A stretch of DNA of 64,000 nt. Source: Penicillus capitatus. Taxonomy: Eukaryota; Plantae; Chlorophyta. The position numbers and the translations under genes are program-made. How positions within the stretch are numbered: the stretch's first letter is position 1; every line of letters starts with the position of its first letter. The stretch lies in NCBI GenBank assembly GCA_965649825.1, contig OZ287706.1, positions 62,001 to 126,000 of the forward strand, in the 5' to 3' direction. Below, in pieces: positions 48,401-61,504 of the stretch. The notes below the pieces were generated by a model. That model saw only the letters and a program-made list of their open reading frames with translations, did not search any database and was not told the DNA's origin.

Positions 48401-49234
48401 ATTGTTTGGCAGCTCACAGGGAGGCAGAATATCGCAGGGAGAGGGGTTTTGGTTGCGCCACACCAATCAATAAAGGCGGAGGTGTTGGCGAGCATCCGAG
48501 AAGGTCTATACTCCCTGAGCGATCTTCTCCAGGAAGCAAGCGGCTCACAGTCCCTCGGTATCATCGCACGGAGAAGCATATATCAACAAGAACTTACATC
48601 CTCGTTCAACGTATGCAAGGACATGCACCTTATCCAACAATGGTGGATCAAATGGACAATGGCTGGAAACCAAGTGAAATGGTTCACACAAAGCTGGTCC
48701 CCAGGTCGAAGCCCTTACCAAGCAGCCAAACTCTCAGCAGGACACATTCTGATGCAAGCACGAAGGCCACCCCCAACAGCGAAATACACCGCTCTCGGCT
48801 GGTGCAAAAGACACATCAGCTTCACCCTAAACAACTGGACACGAGAACAACTGGACAATGGTGATAAGGGAAGAGCAATTCTCGACCTAAACCCGCTGAT
48901 GGGGAAAGGGCATTTCCCCACTAGGAAACTTCAACGCACCGACGCCTCACGGGTCAATCAATTTCTGGCAAACCATTTCCCGTCCAAAGCATATCTCAGC
49001 CGCTTTCACTGTACAGAAGACGTGGAGACGTGCGTATGTGGTCAAGAGGTAGAAGATAGAGATCACCTGCTTTACTCCTGCCCTCGCTTTCACCGACGAA
49101 GGATGATCTACAGACAGGAATCTCAGGCTGAAGCGGAACAATCACACCCCCTATGGAATGCCCCTCACGCTCTGGCGGCTTTCCTAGAAGAAATCGCTCA
49201 GGAATGGCAGCAGCAAGGAAGGCCCTGGCACTGA
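45432..49234 (+). CDS. LINE ORF2: APE endonuclease, RT, RNase H-like domain, CCHC finger; one frameshift at the C9 run 47335-47343
   Basis: AGDFNSRHPQWG, WIDLT, SDHQ; PGPDG, RPISLL, QFGFR, LDLVAAFD, GVPQGSPLSPLLF, AYADDI; CVCGQEVEDRDHLLYSC. Removing one C restores LEAPPYLIHWCSSFL. Confidence 0.93.
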
Positions 49235-50130
49235 TAAGGTCCCCGGCACGGGGCGATTGTACCTCTGAACATTAGACCTAGCCCTCTCCTCTGATGTTTA
49301 ACTTGAAAAGGGGATGTAAGAAGCGCCAATTTTATTTAACTTATCGAAGAAGACTCGTCAGGCAACAAGATCTTCTTGGTGATGCAGCACGAAAAGGACT
49401 GATCTGCGAGGTGTCGCTGTGCGATTGTGAACAAATCGCGGAGAAAAGTGTTCGAAAAGAGCCAGCAAGGATGAAACAAGTTATAAACAAATCGAAACAC
49501 CGACCACTCGACCAACCAGACAAGGTGCGTTATAGGCAGTCAGGATTTTAGGATGATCCGATGAACGATCAGCTGGGCCACTCATACAGAAGCGAACGAA
49601 TGTTGCCTGTTAGTTTCTTCTGGATGATCGACATCATTAAAGCTGCATTACAAACATTCAAACGTCAAATCAACTGGAACTACGAGAATTAAAATGCAAA
49701 AAACAGACGCCGAAGAATAACGCTACGCATCCGACCATGTTACTGACGGCGACAGCAGATACCCAAAGCACATCCACAATAAAAACTCCAACAGATGTGG
49801 CACAAATGATCTCGCGCGGTTTGTGGACGTCAAGTTGTCAATGATTTAAAGCAGAAGGATGAACATTCCGCATCTCTGAACGCCCACATGGCGAAGTCGT
49901 ATCGTCCAATATCGTTACCTGTCGTGCAGAGAATGTGTGTGCATTAGAACGCGTTTCCGACGCATTGTTACGCTAGTCAACTCAATGGATCAACAACTAA
50001 CGACTTTCTCGCCGTTACAACAGGAAACATCTGTGAACATAGAGTAATCGACTGCCAGGCAGGCAGCAAGTAGTAATCAGGACCACAAGGCCCCAAAGAC
50101 ATGGTTTTCACTAGTAGTAGACGAAATTGG

Positions 50131-51357
50131 CTAGTATCCCATTCCACGAATCTCGTGTCCTCCGTCCGCATTCAAGATCTGACCCGTGATGTAGGAAGCC
50201 GCATCAGAAGCCAAGAATGCAATGGCATCTGGCAGAAGAAGAGATGACAGACTGTAGAGGGGAGTTAAAGGATGGCGTTACTCGCGATCTCATGAGGTTG
50301 ACCTGGGCGTCTCATTGGCGTCTCTGTGTTGTACAACGTCAAAACATGAGGATTCTCCATTATCTACAGGCAGGTGGATATATCAGCCAGAGAGTAGACA
50401 AACGGACGGAATGGATTTACGGATTTAGTCATATCCGTATCTATAACTCCAGGAGCCACACAGTTCACGCGGATTTTGTCGGCAGCCCACTCGCATGCCA
50501 ATGATTTCGTCAACATGTTCAGTGCAGATTTGGTCATGTTATAATGGCACACTGCAGACAACATCATCAGCAGGAATGACTTGTGCTGTTGAATGCATTT
50601 ACTTCTGGCCATGGCTCGGCTTCCCCCTGCAATAGATCCAACATTGACCACGGCAGCACCATCACTCGCCTTCAACAACGGATACATAGTCTAGGAGCAC
50701 ACAGTACGTAGCGAACTACAACGACAAATGGAGAAATCCATAAGCATACCTGGCAGACATCTACCACTGCTTTGACATTCGTGTCCATGACAAAGTCAAA
50801 ATCCTCTCTTGTATGTTCCATGAAACCTTTCACCACAGCGACACCAGCATTGTTCACTGGCAAATCAGCAGACAATTAAACTAAGAAACTTTGAAGGATG
50901 ATGTCTTATGTCTTACCAAGAACGTTGAGCTTTCCATCGAATGCCTCAGTAACCTACAGCGATACTCTCATTTACAAAAGCAGACTTCGAAACTGGAAGT
51001 ACCTTCTCAAGCAGCACTTTCAACGATTCGACGTCGGTGATGTCACATGGACATCCCTAGAGCGCAATCGTCTCCTCCGTTAACAGCCGAGAATATCTTT
51101 CGCATACTTGAACGTCGTATCCTTTGGACTTCAGCTTCGCAAACAGCTCATCGAGTGCTTTCTGCTTGCGAGCGCATGCAAAGACCTGACATCACAACGC
51201 CACAGTAAGAGTATATAGACATAACAAAACGCATCGGAAATCTTCCACGAACTAGCCAGCTCACCCGTGCCCCTTTCGAAGCGAGCAGCTCGACGGTCGC
51301 AGCGCCAATGCCTTTGGACCCTCCCGTCACCAAACAAGTCAAGCCTGTGAACTCCAT
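50131..51357 (-). CDS. SDR copy C (A subtype), appears intact
   Basis: Same exon structure as A; YNMTK catalytic motif; terminal GHEIRGMGY*. Confidence 0.9.
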
Positions 51358-51949
51358 TTGTGCAAAGACACGAGTACGTTCGCGCTTAGGTACCCACCAC
51401 CGAAAACGTCGGAATTCAAACGATGTATCTCATGTCTCTGCTAGGCATTGGCAAACCTTAAAATAGAACTACCTAATGCAAATTTGCCTCGTACACAAGA
51501 ACCTTCTGAGACGAGAGATACCGGAAATTGGCGTATTAGCGTCAATGTTTTATGACAGGAACGGACAAGGACGTAAACAGCAAATTTACCGACCCGTGCG
51601 TATCTCCAAGACGTCAGTAACGTCGAACTGTGTCTTTGTAGGTATTCCTGATACAAGCATTTGCATTTGCACACAGAATTCTGTATGCAAATCCACACAA
51701 CCCTGTGGAATTCTACAGTTTGTCTCCCGACGATGACAAATTTCAATAGATAACGCAAACCTAGAATATACATGGGAATCCTCATTTAACACTGCAGCAA
51801 AGGTCACCACGCGGAAACCTAAAAAATAATTTCTTCAAGAAACGGCAGTCCAATCTCGTCCAGTACAACCGTGCACCTTCGATGAACAAGCTATGAGAAG
51901 TTGCCTAATTAAACGCTAAACAATTGGCCGAACCAATTTATATCCGGAT

Positions 51950-54900
51950 TTGCGGACTGTTATGATCCTTATCTACATACAATGTCTGACCTGTGACATA
52001 CGAAGACGCGCTGGGGGCAAAAACGCAACGACACTTGGTAAGGACAAGATCATGGACTCAAACGCGATGTACTCACACTCAGCACACGCGGGGTGGCCTG
52101 CCAGCCATCCACACTCTTTTCCGCCACATCCCCCACGACTGGGTTTATTTCTGTAAGTTGGACCTGCGCAACGGTTTCCATCGTGTACCGTGTGTACGTT
52201 GTGGCACCGAATCAACGTTGACGGCATGCAAGAAGACAACTGTTACAATCTTGACAGAGTTTAGATACTATTATACCACAAGCTTCTACTGCGCTTACTT
52301 CCCACGACCAATTAATTTTACTTCCACTTAATAATAGACATACAAAAAACGGTATTCTCCCAAAACCCTGATAATAAAGTAAACCAAATAGCATCAAATC
52401 AACTTTCTTTAGATCCACGAAAGTGAGGACGTGTAAGGTCGCGATGGACTAGAATCGTTCTGTCCGAATCGACAAGGATTTTTTTGTATAAGCGTTATTT
52501 GTTACTTTCCTTTCGGTTCTCGCAGACACGTGCCACCCAGGTGCTAACTTCTTTGACCATTTTCATCGTTTCTCTAAAGTGGAGTCAGTTTCGACCCTTC
52601 CTATTGTCTCGCTGCGTTGGCGGAACCAACATCTGTCGAAATGCTATAAGAAACTCGTCCATTTTCAGTCCTTTATCCAATACTGGCGGACTCTTTCACT
52701 AGTCCACTTCAGCGTTTTTTGCAGTTCTGTTGCGACAGAGAGGTCCACATGACAGTAGAAAAACAGGGCTCTCGTCAACTCTAATACTGAGCATAGTTGT
52801 CGCCGAGCGATGTGACACTGCCTTGTTCTGTGGGGGTCAGCCGTGCGCGGGGGCGCTGCCTGTCTTGTTAACTGCGTCTTGGGACGTCTTTCTCTGGCCC
52901 TGAACACGAGCTGACTCGCCATTCTAGAAGGGTTACATCACCATGCGAGTATATAATGAACAGTTTGAACCTTATCTCACCTTCTCCGAACACTGTAACA
53001 AGTCTTCCGCTGTTATCGTTTGGCGCGGCACTTCCGCGGTGACAATAGTCACGAATATTCCGGGTGGCTTGAGTGTTTTTTTTTTCACTGTGTGTTCCAA
53101 ACGTTTTTGTTTGCCATGACTGGATTTGATGACAAAGTGACACTCAAAGAATAAACGGAGCCTGCCATCCAGCAGATTTTGGATTCTTTGACAATCCATC
53201 TGTCTCCCGCAAGCATTTCGAAACGCCTAACCACGGCATCTTCGACATAACCTCTTCGTCTGATGAGATGGGTGGGTATATCATCTGCGTATGGTTAAAT
53301 AAATCTTCAATTCCCCGTTTCGTGAACTCGTCACTCTAGATAGACAAAGTGCCGTTCATCGCCAAACAGAAAGGCGGGGATTCTTAAGTCCCATAAGCAT
53401 GCGACAAAAAACCAAAGAATGTCTACCATTGGATAGTAAATACCTCCACAAGTTTTCTTCGGTGTCGATTTGATAAAATCCTGCACGTGGATCGACCTTC
53501 GCAAACCACGTCTGATGTCCTAGCTCTGTTAGAAAGTTCTCGCGGTCCAGGTAAATTCCTGTGACATTGGAGATGAGAGCATTCAAGTCTCTAAAGTCCA
53601 ACTTGGTTCTTCGTTCTCCTGCGCTTCCTTTGGAAACAGTAAACCATGGTATTATGTATTTAGGTTCTTAATAAACCTCCTAATGACGTCATCTCATCAT
53701 AGACTTTCCAGTTCTTCGTTTACCGCATTGCTCTCGCATTTCCTAATGTATGTTGCTGTCGTAAGACTTCACGCGAACCGATATCCACCTCTTCCTATCT
53801 TGACTTGCCAACCGCGGAAAAGGCCGATAATAGGCGCCATGGCCTCCGGGAATTGGTCACGATAGAAAGCTGACAACGCGTGCGCAGTGTTCATTCATCT
53901 CTTCTATATCAGATATCCGATGTAGAGCTTGAACGTTGTCGCGCTTTCGCCGTTCGTTACGCGCTGAAACGCACTAACGACGAAGGCGTATCGTTTACAG
54001 AAGACTGTTTGAACGATAATGTTTCGAATTTATGCAATTCTGTGGACAGCTACACGAAGTTAGACAGCTGTCCAGCGACAACGTGCATTAGGTTTATGCT
54101 CTTTTTCGAGATGATCCCTTCGTGATTTCGGCTACAGCATCACCGCCTCTGTCAACAAAAAAGGTACGGGTCTCCCGATTTGATGCCGAAAACTACAGTT
54201 CGCGGTGACACCTTCAAAGGACTTCAAAGGAGTTTTTCCGAAGGTTCTAGACTTGAACCATGCAAGGATAGCGGTATTGCCATTCGGGCTGAGTGATAAA
54301 GTTGGGGATGGGTGGCCACACAGTTACGACGCCAATTGAAGAGTTCGTGTGGTGCAATAGGCAGCCCGAGGGCCTTTCTTTCTTTTAGCCCGAGAAACAA
54401 AATGTGAACTGCAAGAAAGAGAATCCGGTGATCAATCTGAACTGGGAAATTCTCCACCTCTTCAGCAAAGTGCCCAATTGTTATCTTCTCCGAATCTTTG
54501 GCGAGTTGATTCTTCTACGTGTGACTGCCCAAGCAGCCAACGAAGTTGCAGTGGGCTTTCTTCGGCCAATCTTCATACACCATTGTTTAGATTGAATGCT
54601 AATGTTGCAACAGGCGAAGAAGTCCATACCCAAAAGCAACATGTAACCTAGTTTGTCAAGAACAAGGCATTCCAATTCATGCACTTTGCTATTCTCTAAC
54701 TCCCTTTAACGCCAATCTAATCATTACGCCCCCGGCAACATCGATCTTGCCTACCATCTATGTGTGAGTGAGACTGTGGTGCAGGAGTCCATTGTCATCT
54801 CTTCGGGAGCCACTCCGATCCCTCGTAACTGCCATAAAAAGCCCTGATTTTTGGCTCGGCTGTCTAAATATTGTGCCGTACACTTCCACTTGCCATCTAA

Positions 54901-55450
54901 TGGGGATCAGACCTTGTCATATCGACTTGTTAGAAAATGCCATCAATCAAGGAAGACAAGCAAGACAAGATTAACTCAGCAGAATCCTCGAAGATACGAG
55001 TTTTTTCAACTTCTCCGCGTCGAACCCAAAAGATTAATCAGATGAAGACCTGATTGAGACACCCTCAAGGTGACAAGAACCATACCCAAGGGGTCTTTCA
55101 CCGGATGGTTGACACCTTATACTTGCCCCCAGTCGCAATTCACTTATGCCTGAATCCAAGAACGTGCAAACTTTCATAACAGAATCAACTTCGAACGAAA
55201 GCCATGTAATCGTAGCTGCCTTGCTCTTTCTCCATGGGACCAGTAAGTTGAATATTTTCCACTTTATCGGAGACGTCAACGAAGCCAATGCAGAAATCTG
55301 TACGTTGACACATATCTTGGGTAACATGGTTCCGTCCAGGTCCACCCTAGATGGCAACAATCCGACCCCATGGAGCCGCATAATTTTTGTCTTTTCGAAT
55401 CTGGTTTCAACTTGTCTCAAAGCCAACAAAGGGGATTTCATTAATCATCA
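51950..55450 (-). mobile_element. Decayed Ty3/gypsy internal region (PR, RT, RH and INT fragments); LTRs not found
   Basis: LLLGMDFF (54481-54684), DFRDLN..FAKVDPRAGFYQI..RMLMGLKN (53356-53601), RH-like and CxxC-containing fragments at 52200-52900; many stops and frameshifts. Confidence 0.75.
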
Positions 55451-55909
55451 TACTTTCTTACTTCGTAACCGACTCGTCGAGAATGAAAAGGAATCAAGTC
55501 TCTCACTTCTGGAGAAAGCTTAAGAGATGGTGACTTGGATCGTCGTTCAGAACGACCCAAGTAGAAATGCCTTACAAAGCTGCATCGGCCGGATCGGAAT
55601 TCCTCACCACAGAACCTGACATAGGAGATCAGATCAGACTTCAACAAACGACTCTAAGGAGAACTTAGGGATGGCCCCAAGAAATGTAGCAAACATAATG
55701 AAGACCATCAAGCTGTTGCGACGGGAGAATGCTGAGTTACGTAACACAAGGACCGTTTGCCGGGAGAAGTGGTTAACCTGCACGAATAGTATTATCGAAG
55801 TAGCGCAGTGTATGAAGGAAAACAATCAAACTTCGGCAAACAGATTAAAAGTCAGTAAAAGGCACTTCTATTATTACATCATTCGGTCATGTCAGACACT
55901 CTAAATATT

Positions 55910-56114
55910 CCCAACAGTATATAAGCATTAGAACGCGTTTCCAACGCATTGTAACGCTAGTCAAGTCGATGGATCAACAAAAAACGACTTTCTCGCCATT
56001 ACAACAGGAAACATCTGTGCACATAGAGCAATCGACTGCCAGGTGGGCAGCAAGCAGTAACCAGGACCACAAGGCCCCAAAGACATGGTTTTCACTAGTA
56101 GTAGACGAAATTGG
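55910..56114. repeat. SDR 3'-flank block shared by copies C, D and E (also about 49940-50130 and 60070-60277)
   Basis: Shared agaacgcgtttcc(a/g)acgcattgt(a/t)acgctagtcaa...ggccccaaagacatggttttcactagta. Confidence 0.85.
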
Positions 56115-57343
56115 CTAGTATCCCATTCCACGAATCTCGTGTCCTCCGTCCACATTCAAGATCTGACCCGTGATGTAAGAAGCCGCATCGGAAGCCAAGA
56201 ATGCGACGGCATCTGGCAGAAGAAGAGATGAGAGACTGTAGAGGGAGTTAAAGGATGGCGTTACTCGCGATCTCGTGAAGTTGACCTGGGCGTCTCATTG
56301 GCGTCTCTGTGTTGTACAACGTCAAAAGTTCAAGATTCTCCATTATCTACAGGCAGATGGATACATCAGCCAGAGAGTAGACAAGCCAACAAAACGGGTT
56401 ACGAATTTAGTCATGTCCGTGTCCACAAGTCCAGGAGCAACACAGTTCACGCGGATGTTGTCAGCGGCCCATTCGCATGCCAATGATTTCGTCAACGAGT
56501 TCAGCGCAGATTTGGACATACCATAGTGGCACACTGCAATTAACATTATCATCAGCAGGAATGACTTGTGCTGTTAAATGCATTTACTTCTGGCCATGAC
56601 TCGGCTTCCCCCTGCAATAGATCCAACATTGACCACGGCTGCACCATCACTCGCCTTCAACAACGGATACATAGTCTACGTTATCATACAGTACGTAGCG
56701 AACTACAATGACAAATGGAGAAATCCATCAGAATACCTGGCACATGTCCACCGCTGCTTTGACATTTGTGTCCATGACAAGGTCAAAATCCTCTCTTGTA
56801 TGTTCCATGAAACTTTTTCCTATGCCGACGCCAGCATTGTTCACTGGCAAATCGACGCACATTTAAGGTGAGAAACTTTGAAGGGTGATGTCTTACCAAG
56901 AATGTTCAGCTTCCCATCGAATGTTTCATTAACCTAGCATAACGTTATCGCTTGCAGATGATAAACAGAACTTGTGTTTTCTACCTTTTCTATTAGCGAC
57001 TTCAATGAATCTGCGTCAATGACGTCACAGGCATGGCCCTATACCATAAATTTGGTAGTCCGAATCGTAGATTGACTAGATTCTCACGTAAACATCGTAT
57101 CCTTTGGACTTCAACTTAGCGAGGAATTCATCGAGCACCTCCTGCTTACGCGCGCATGTAAAGACCTAAGGTCACAAGACTGTATTGAGAATTCGCAGTA
57201 CAACACATCTGAGCTGCTGGTCGGCTTTTGTCATGAACTAGACAGCTCACCCGTGCCCCTTTCGAAGCGAGCAGCTCGACGGTCGCAGCGCCAATGCCTT
57301 TGGACCCTCCCGTCACCAAACAAGTCAAGCCTGTGAACTCCAT
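56115..57343 (-). CDS. SDR copy D (diverged 5' half, C-like 3' half), appears intact
   Basis: [40 protein letters not shown]; exons read through after splicing. Confidence 0.88.
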
Positions 57344-57629
57344 TTGTGCAAAGGCACGAGTGCGTTCGCGCTTAAATATTCACGCCGGAATTCAAACAAT
57401 GTTTCTTATTTGTCTGTCGTACGTACGGCTTACCTAAGCAAAGCATTGCCTAATGCTGATTTGCCCGTATGTAATTGATCAGCTTACGAAGAGAAGAACA
57501 CCGATAACCAGCCTATTCCCGTCAGTTTTCTATGTATGTACGGTTTGAATGTTTCCAGTGCTCTTAGCAAGTTCTCTGCTTCGAGCTTATTGAATATGTA
57601 TTCTCGCATTCCCATCAAGAATTGCGGTA

Positions 57630-58350
57630 GGCATTGACCCAATTCTTGATCTGGCAGCCAGAAATGGAGTCCATGCTGAAGCCTACGCGCACGACATCCT
57701 GGTCCTTAGCTCCACACCCTCAGAAAAGGGAGCACAAGCCAAGCTCCAAGGAACCCTGGATCAAATGAATAAATGGGCACAGGAAAGGGGACTACTTTGT
57801 GCTCCAGAGAAATGTCTTCGAATCCGGTTTGTGAAAAAAGAAGAAATAACGGGCAGAGGACAACGGTTGCGGCCCCGCGGACCGGGCAGGCTGTCCGCTT
57901 CCTGACATGACAGCGGTCCGCGGACGCCAAGGGTTTAATGGACGGTGCGCGCCATGTAATTAGTCTCAGCTTAGACTCGACACAGTTCCTCCGCCTTTGC
58001 ACACGCGTTCGCGCGCACGCGGCGCGCCAGTGTTGGACAAATCCCCGTCAAGAAAGCTGGACCCCCTTCCACTGTTCCTCCGCGGACAACAACTAAAACA
58101 GAAGGCAACGGTGCTCTACTGAGGGATCTGGATAGCGAGACGATGTCATGGAGCCCACAAGTACACAGTGCAGCCGGCAAAGTCAGAACCCGTTTGGAGT
58201 GGATCAGACGAATGACCGGCCCTTCCTAAGTTATGCTACCGGAAGCTGTAGAGAAACTCGTCAGCCGAGTGATAGAGCCAGCCGCTTACTATGGGGCGGA
58301 GGTGTGGCAATGTGTAGCGTACAACGAACGGAAGCTGGCCCCACTCAACG
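57630..58350 (+). mobile_element. 5'-truncated degenerate LINE fragment related to the 43.8-49.3 kb element
   Basis: AEAYAHDILVL (YADD to YAHD, 57681-57698), LQGTLDQMNKWAQERGL..PEKCLRIRF, and LPEAVEKLVSRVIEPAAYYGAE, which parallels FSPEAMWQLTTKALEPALYYGVE in ORF2. Confidence 0.8.
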
Positions 58351-58564
58351 TAACAGTCTCGCCCTCAGACTTACGAAGAGAGGGAAAACTCGCCACATCC
58401 TATGATCTGAGTGTTGCGCTCTTCGTAGCCACATCTTCTGAGATATTCAGTGGACATTCTCTCGCTTAGAGGCCCTTTTTTCTACACCTATAACATCGGT
58501 GCTGTGTGAGTTTGTAAGTAGTTTCCTTAGTAGACTTTTCCGATTGTTTCTTTCTTCTTCTTCT

Positions 58565-59226
58565 CTAAACTCGTTTAGTATCATAAAGAAGCCGTTTTAA
58601 CAGCGTCCGGTTCCTTTTGTGCTGTCGCGATATGTCCACCGACTTCTTCTCTGTGACATTGTCTTTCTGAAGTATCTGTAGCTTTAACATACCGACTTCA
58701 GACTGCAATGACCTTAAACTAGTTGCGACCTCCGGGATGCCAACAGACTCCTTCCATGTCTTTTTATACGCAGCATTAACAGATACCAGTTCCTCAGTCA
58801 TGGCCGTAATTTGCAGTGACAGATGTTCATTTTCTTTTATTTTGTTCTAAATCTCTACATCTCTGCGCTTCAGTGACGATTGTGCTGCTTGAACTTCTTT
58901 TGTAAGCTTATCAACCGTTTTCTTCAAATCGCTTAGGATGTCTTGATTTCATCAAGGGCAGATACAAACAGCGAGCCAAACTGGATCTCGCAATTATCCA
59001 TGTATCGTAGAATACAGCCATAAAGCTGTGAGCCAACAACTTCAGCGACTTCATGTCCCAGAATTGGAACGCGTGCCTCAACTACTACATCCGTTCGAGT
59101 TTCCACTCTGTGTGTGTGATCACCATATCTTTCTTTACGGAATTGTCTGTTCATATCTTGTCGAGTACAGTGGTTTGAAAAAATCTTTTCAATTAGTGGG
59201 CCCAAAACATGTCTCGTCGAAGGCAC
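58565..59226 (-). pseudogene. Broken coiled-coil-like ORF remnant of unknown origin
   Basis: DLKKTVDKLTKEVQAAQSSLKRRDVEI*NKIKENEHLSLQITAMTEELVSV... with an in-frame TAG; adjacent ORF 58933-59226. Confidence 0.3.
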
Positions 59227-60277
59227 AAAGCGTCAAACCGCACGCATGAAGCCGAGAGAAACTGCAACGGAGGAGCTTAACGCTCCGAAACCATGCACTG
59301 TATAGATAAAATCAGACTTAGCACTGCAAAGTTCTTAATAATGGTCATGTTTTAAATGTTCCAAATAACACAACAATGTATGAGTGATTATGCGCTAAAC
59401 CCGAGGAGTTACCTTGTCCATGGACAGCTGTCCACCTTCGTGCAGCTGACCGCGGAAACGTGTAGATGTGACGTGTGTGTACGTTCTACGCGTATAAATC
59501 CGAACATTAAACGATACAACAGTCTTTGTAACATATAAGCCTTCGTCGTCAACCGCGTCGTTCATCGACAGCGCGACACACCTACACACGTAGTTGTGCA
59601 CGTGTCTGTATGATGCATGCGATTATATGTTACCTTTCTTTGCAACGAGTTGTCTGATCCTAACACGACACTGCTCCCTTCTCCGAGCCTTCACGCTTAT
59701 CCCTAGGCAAACGGCGTAGTGCATGCATAACATGTGACCGCGTTCATCGGTCTTAAACCGTGCCACCGTCGGCCACGACGAAGCAGTGTTCGCTGCTTTT
59801 AGACATCTTCTCGATCACAAACTTCTTTCAGAACGTCCCTGTATGTACTCGTCGTCGTTCGCGATCACGCCTTGATTCTATTTTCAAGACGAAAGAGCAG
59901 TTCCGAGGATGTTGCCGGAGCACAGCAGACAATCACTTCGCTTCGAGACCATGTCGAGGTGGAGCAGTGCATGAAGAAAGTATAGCATTGCGGCAAACAG
60001 ATAGAAAATAAAATGCTAGTCAAAACACTCTCATAAGCGAATCATTCGGTCACGACGGACACTAGACACATTCCCAACAGTATGTAAGCATCAGAACGCG
60101 TTTCCAACGCATTGTAACGCTAGTCAAGTCGATGGATCAACAAAAAACGACTTTTTCGCCGTTACAACAGGAAACATCTGTGCACATAGAGCAATCGACT
60201 GCCAGGTGGGCAGCAAGCAGTAACCAGGACCACAAGGCCCCAAAGACATGGTTTTCACTAGTACTAGATAAAATTGG

Positions 60278-61504
60278 CTAGTATCCCATTCCACGAATCT
60301 CGTGTCCTCCGTCCGCATTCAAGATCTGACCCGTGATGTAGGAAGCCGCATCAGAAGCCAAGAATGCAATGGCATCTGGCAGAAGAAGAGATGACAGACT
60401 GTAGAGGGGAGTTAAAGGATGGCGTTACTCGCGATCTCATGAGGTTGACCTGGGCGTCTCATTGGCGTCTCTGTGTTGTACAGTTTTAAAGCTTCAGGAT
60501 CTTCGATCATCTGCAGGCAGATACACACATCAGCCAGAAACTGGACAAACGGACGGAATGGATTTACGGATTTAGTCATATCCGTATCTATAACTCCAGG
60601 AGCCACACAGTTCACGCGGATCTTGTCAGGAGCCCATTCGCATGCCAATGTCTTTGTTAACATGTTTAGTGCAGATTTGGACATGTTATAATGGCACACT
60701 GCAATCAACATCATCAGTAGGAATGACTTGTGCTGTTGAATGCATTCACTTTCGGCTATGGCTCGGCTTCCCCCTGCCCTAGATCCAATATTGACCACGG
60801 CAGCACCATCACTCGCCTTCAACAACGGATACATAGTCTAGGAGCACGCAGTACGTAGCGAACTACGACGACAAATGGAGAGATCCATAAGCATGCCTGG
60901 CAGATATCAACCACTGCTTTGACATTCGTGTCCATGACAAAGTCAAAATCCTCTCTTGTATGTTCCATGAAACCTTTCACCACAGCGACACCAGCATTGT
61001 TCACTGGCAAATCAACAGACAATTAAACTAAGAAACTTTGAAGGATGATGTCTTATGTCTTACCAAGAACGTTGAGCTTTCCATCGAATGCCTCAGTAAC
61101 CTACAGCGATACTCTCATTTACAAAAGCAGACCTCGAAACTGGAAGTACCTTCTCAAGCAGCACTTTCAACGATTCGACGTCGGTGCTGTCACATGGACA
61201 TCCCTAGAGCGCAATCGTCTCCTCCGTTAACAGCCGAGAATATCTTTCGCATACTTGAACGTCGTATCCTTTGGACTTCAGCTTCGCAAACAGCTCATCG
61301 AGTGCTTTCTGCTTGCGAGCGCATGCAAAGACCTGACAGCACAACGCCACAGTAAGAGTTTGTGGACATAACAAAACGCATCGGAAATCTTCTACGAACT
61401 AGACAGCTCACCCGTGCCCCTTTCGAAGCTAGCAGCTCGACGGTCGCAGCGCCAATTCCTTTGGACCCTCCCGTCACCAAACAAGTCAAGCCTGTGAACT
61501 CCAT
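60278..61504 (-). CDS. SDR copy E (near-identical to A); one intron donor is GC
   Basis: Same exons as A; donor CCAG|gcatgc at 60895-60896. Confidence 0.88.

Larger units (their letters stand above)
43849..49337 (+). mobile_element. Near-intact APE-type non-LTR retrotransposon (LINE; I/Tad1/R1-like architecture) with 14-bp TSD
   Basis: aacttatcgaagaa at 43835-43848 and 49338-49351 brackets ORF1 and ORF2. Confidence 0.9.

Noticed and set aside
43732-49551. Kinase pseudogene split by the LINE (joined flanks read LQVIQLIEEDSSGNKIFLVMQHEK, like subdomains IV-V)
   Set aside because: Needs a frameshift to continue, and I found no HRD, DFG or Gly-loop motif in either flank; too weak to call.
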